NCBI GenBank assembly: GCA_043228905.1
Contig: JBHGNT010000009.1
Coordinates: forward strand, 1,364,001 to 1,428,000
Length of the DNA stretch: 64,000 nucleotides
From: Azolla caroliniana
Lineage: Eukaryota; Plantae; Polypodiophyta
Direction: 5' to 3'
A model generated the notes under the pieces. The model did not search any database, was not told where the DNA came from, and was given only the letters and a program-made list of their open reading frames with translations. This document shows positions 62,607 to 64,000 of the stretch, piece after piece. Within the stretch, counting starts at the first letter, position 1. Every line of letters starts with the position of its first letter. The translations under genes were made by a program, and so were the position numbers.

Positions 62607-64000
62607 CCCTACATTATTTCTTTCTTTATCATCTCTTCGCTCTCGTTCTATTATGCATTCCTCTTTCATTTTTTAGATTTAGTCTCGTAGCAAAAATCCC
62701 CTTCCAATTTCATATGAAATTCCATTTGCAACCAATTATCACCATACGTATTCCGACTCCCATAGTACTCAAGCACATCCTAATCCACGAACGAGTGACC
62801 TTTGACATAATGCTTGTGTATGAATATGGATCGAATAGGTGCCACTATATTCATCCACCATTTTCATCATCGCAATTTCATATAATTGGTTGAGAACCCC
62901 TATCTCCAATAACATTGAACATTCCAACCCATGACATTGAACATTCCAATGTATTCAAAAAGTGATATAGGGAATTCCTACATATCATAGACTAGAACCC
63001 ACCAATGTACTAGGAACTACATAATTCTTTCTATATGACTCTTTATTGATGGAGTATGTCTTCAACACCTTGTTTTGACACTATGATTGCATAAACTTGA
63101 AACTAAACAAGAGTGTGTAAGTACATGAAGAACTGCAACTTCTACCAACTAATGAATTCCAAAATATTTTCTCAATGTGCAAATTTCCCGTGACTAAAAC
63201 AAACTTGAACTTCCTTGCAATGATGCAATATTGGCAACGGAGAATTTTCTTCGATGTGGATGATGCATTCAAAAGTTCTACTAGCTTGATCTATTCTTAG
63301 ATGTGGATGAAGCATGGACACTAGATTGATCTATTCCATAGCACGACGCAAACCACATTGTGTACATTGAATAATATAGAAATATTCAAGAACTATTTGA
63401 TATTGCAAAGTGTCAATTACTTGCCACCATTCCCTACACGTTTTATATGGGGCTACTTCACCATATCAAAAAATATAAAAAAGTGCACACTCATGTTATC
63501 TATTAGGAGAAAGACGAGATATTGTGAATGTTATTAGGTGGAACACGATACAATAAAAAATGCTAAGCGTGAGTCGTGATTCACTCTAGATATAAGGAAT
63601 CTTCGACACAATGAAGAAGACGAGCACAAGTAAGAAGAGAAGATCGAGTGGTTTGGAAGTCCTAGGCATCGAGTAAAAACAAATTGAGGATCATGATGAA
63701 AGAAGGATAAAGTAGAAATCTAAAAAGCTAGGAGAATTTAGGAGAGTTAAGTAAGTGGAAAGGCTCTCAAGGGGGAGGGCTAAGTAATATAGACTATATG
63801 GGAACTACTAGTAAAACACATTTAGGATGGGGTCATACTACTATTGGTTGAAGTGACTCTAGAGGCACAACGCGAGAGGAAGTTGGGGTAGGGAGACGAG
63901 AAACGACGATCGGTTACGAAGAGTGTGGACAAAATCCCATATGTGGCATCAGTCATGTGGACTGAATCCCAACTCAAGTAATTCTGGGGATTCGTACATG

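Noticed and set aside
63500-64000. Possible start of another retroelement
   Set aside because: No clear LTR, PBS or ORF within the window.

Overview
Eukaryotic land-plant DNA, probably a non-seed plant such as a fern (inferred from the TE lineages and from intron-containing F-box/kelch, dirigent and PPR sequences). Bases 1 to ~44 kb are a deeply nested transposon cluster: Ty3/Gypsy elements of at least four families (labelled A-H here), a 5-kb non-autonomous TIR element, a non-autonomous hAT, an L1/Tx1-like LINE and Copia remnants. From ~46.6 kb it is genic: an F-box/kelch gene resembling At1g67480 with a 5'-UTR intron and a long uORF, then two tandem dirigent genes. The most unusual structure lies inside the TIR element at 4955-10008. 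There, ~570-bp inverted arms enclose seven ~333-bp tandem units. Each unit pairs near-perfect 35-43-bp palindromes with ~110 bp homologous to the U3 terminus of the LTR of the self-priming chromovirus D (21283-26979), and this LTR-derived segment carries a tRNA-like Pol III A/B-box promoter. All coordinates and comparisons were read by eye; no database searches were run.
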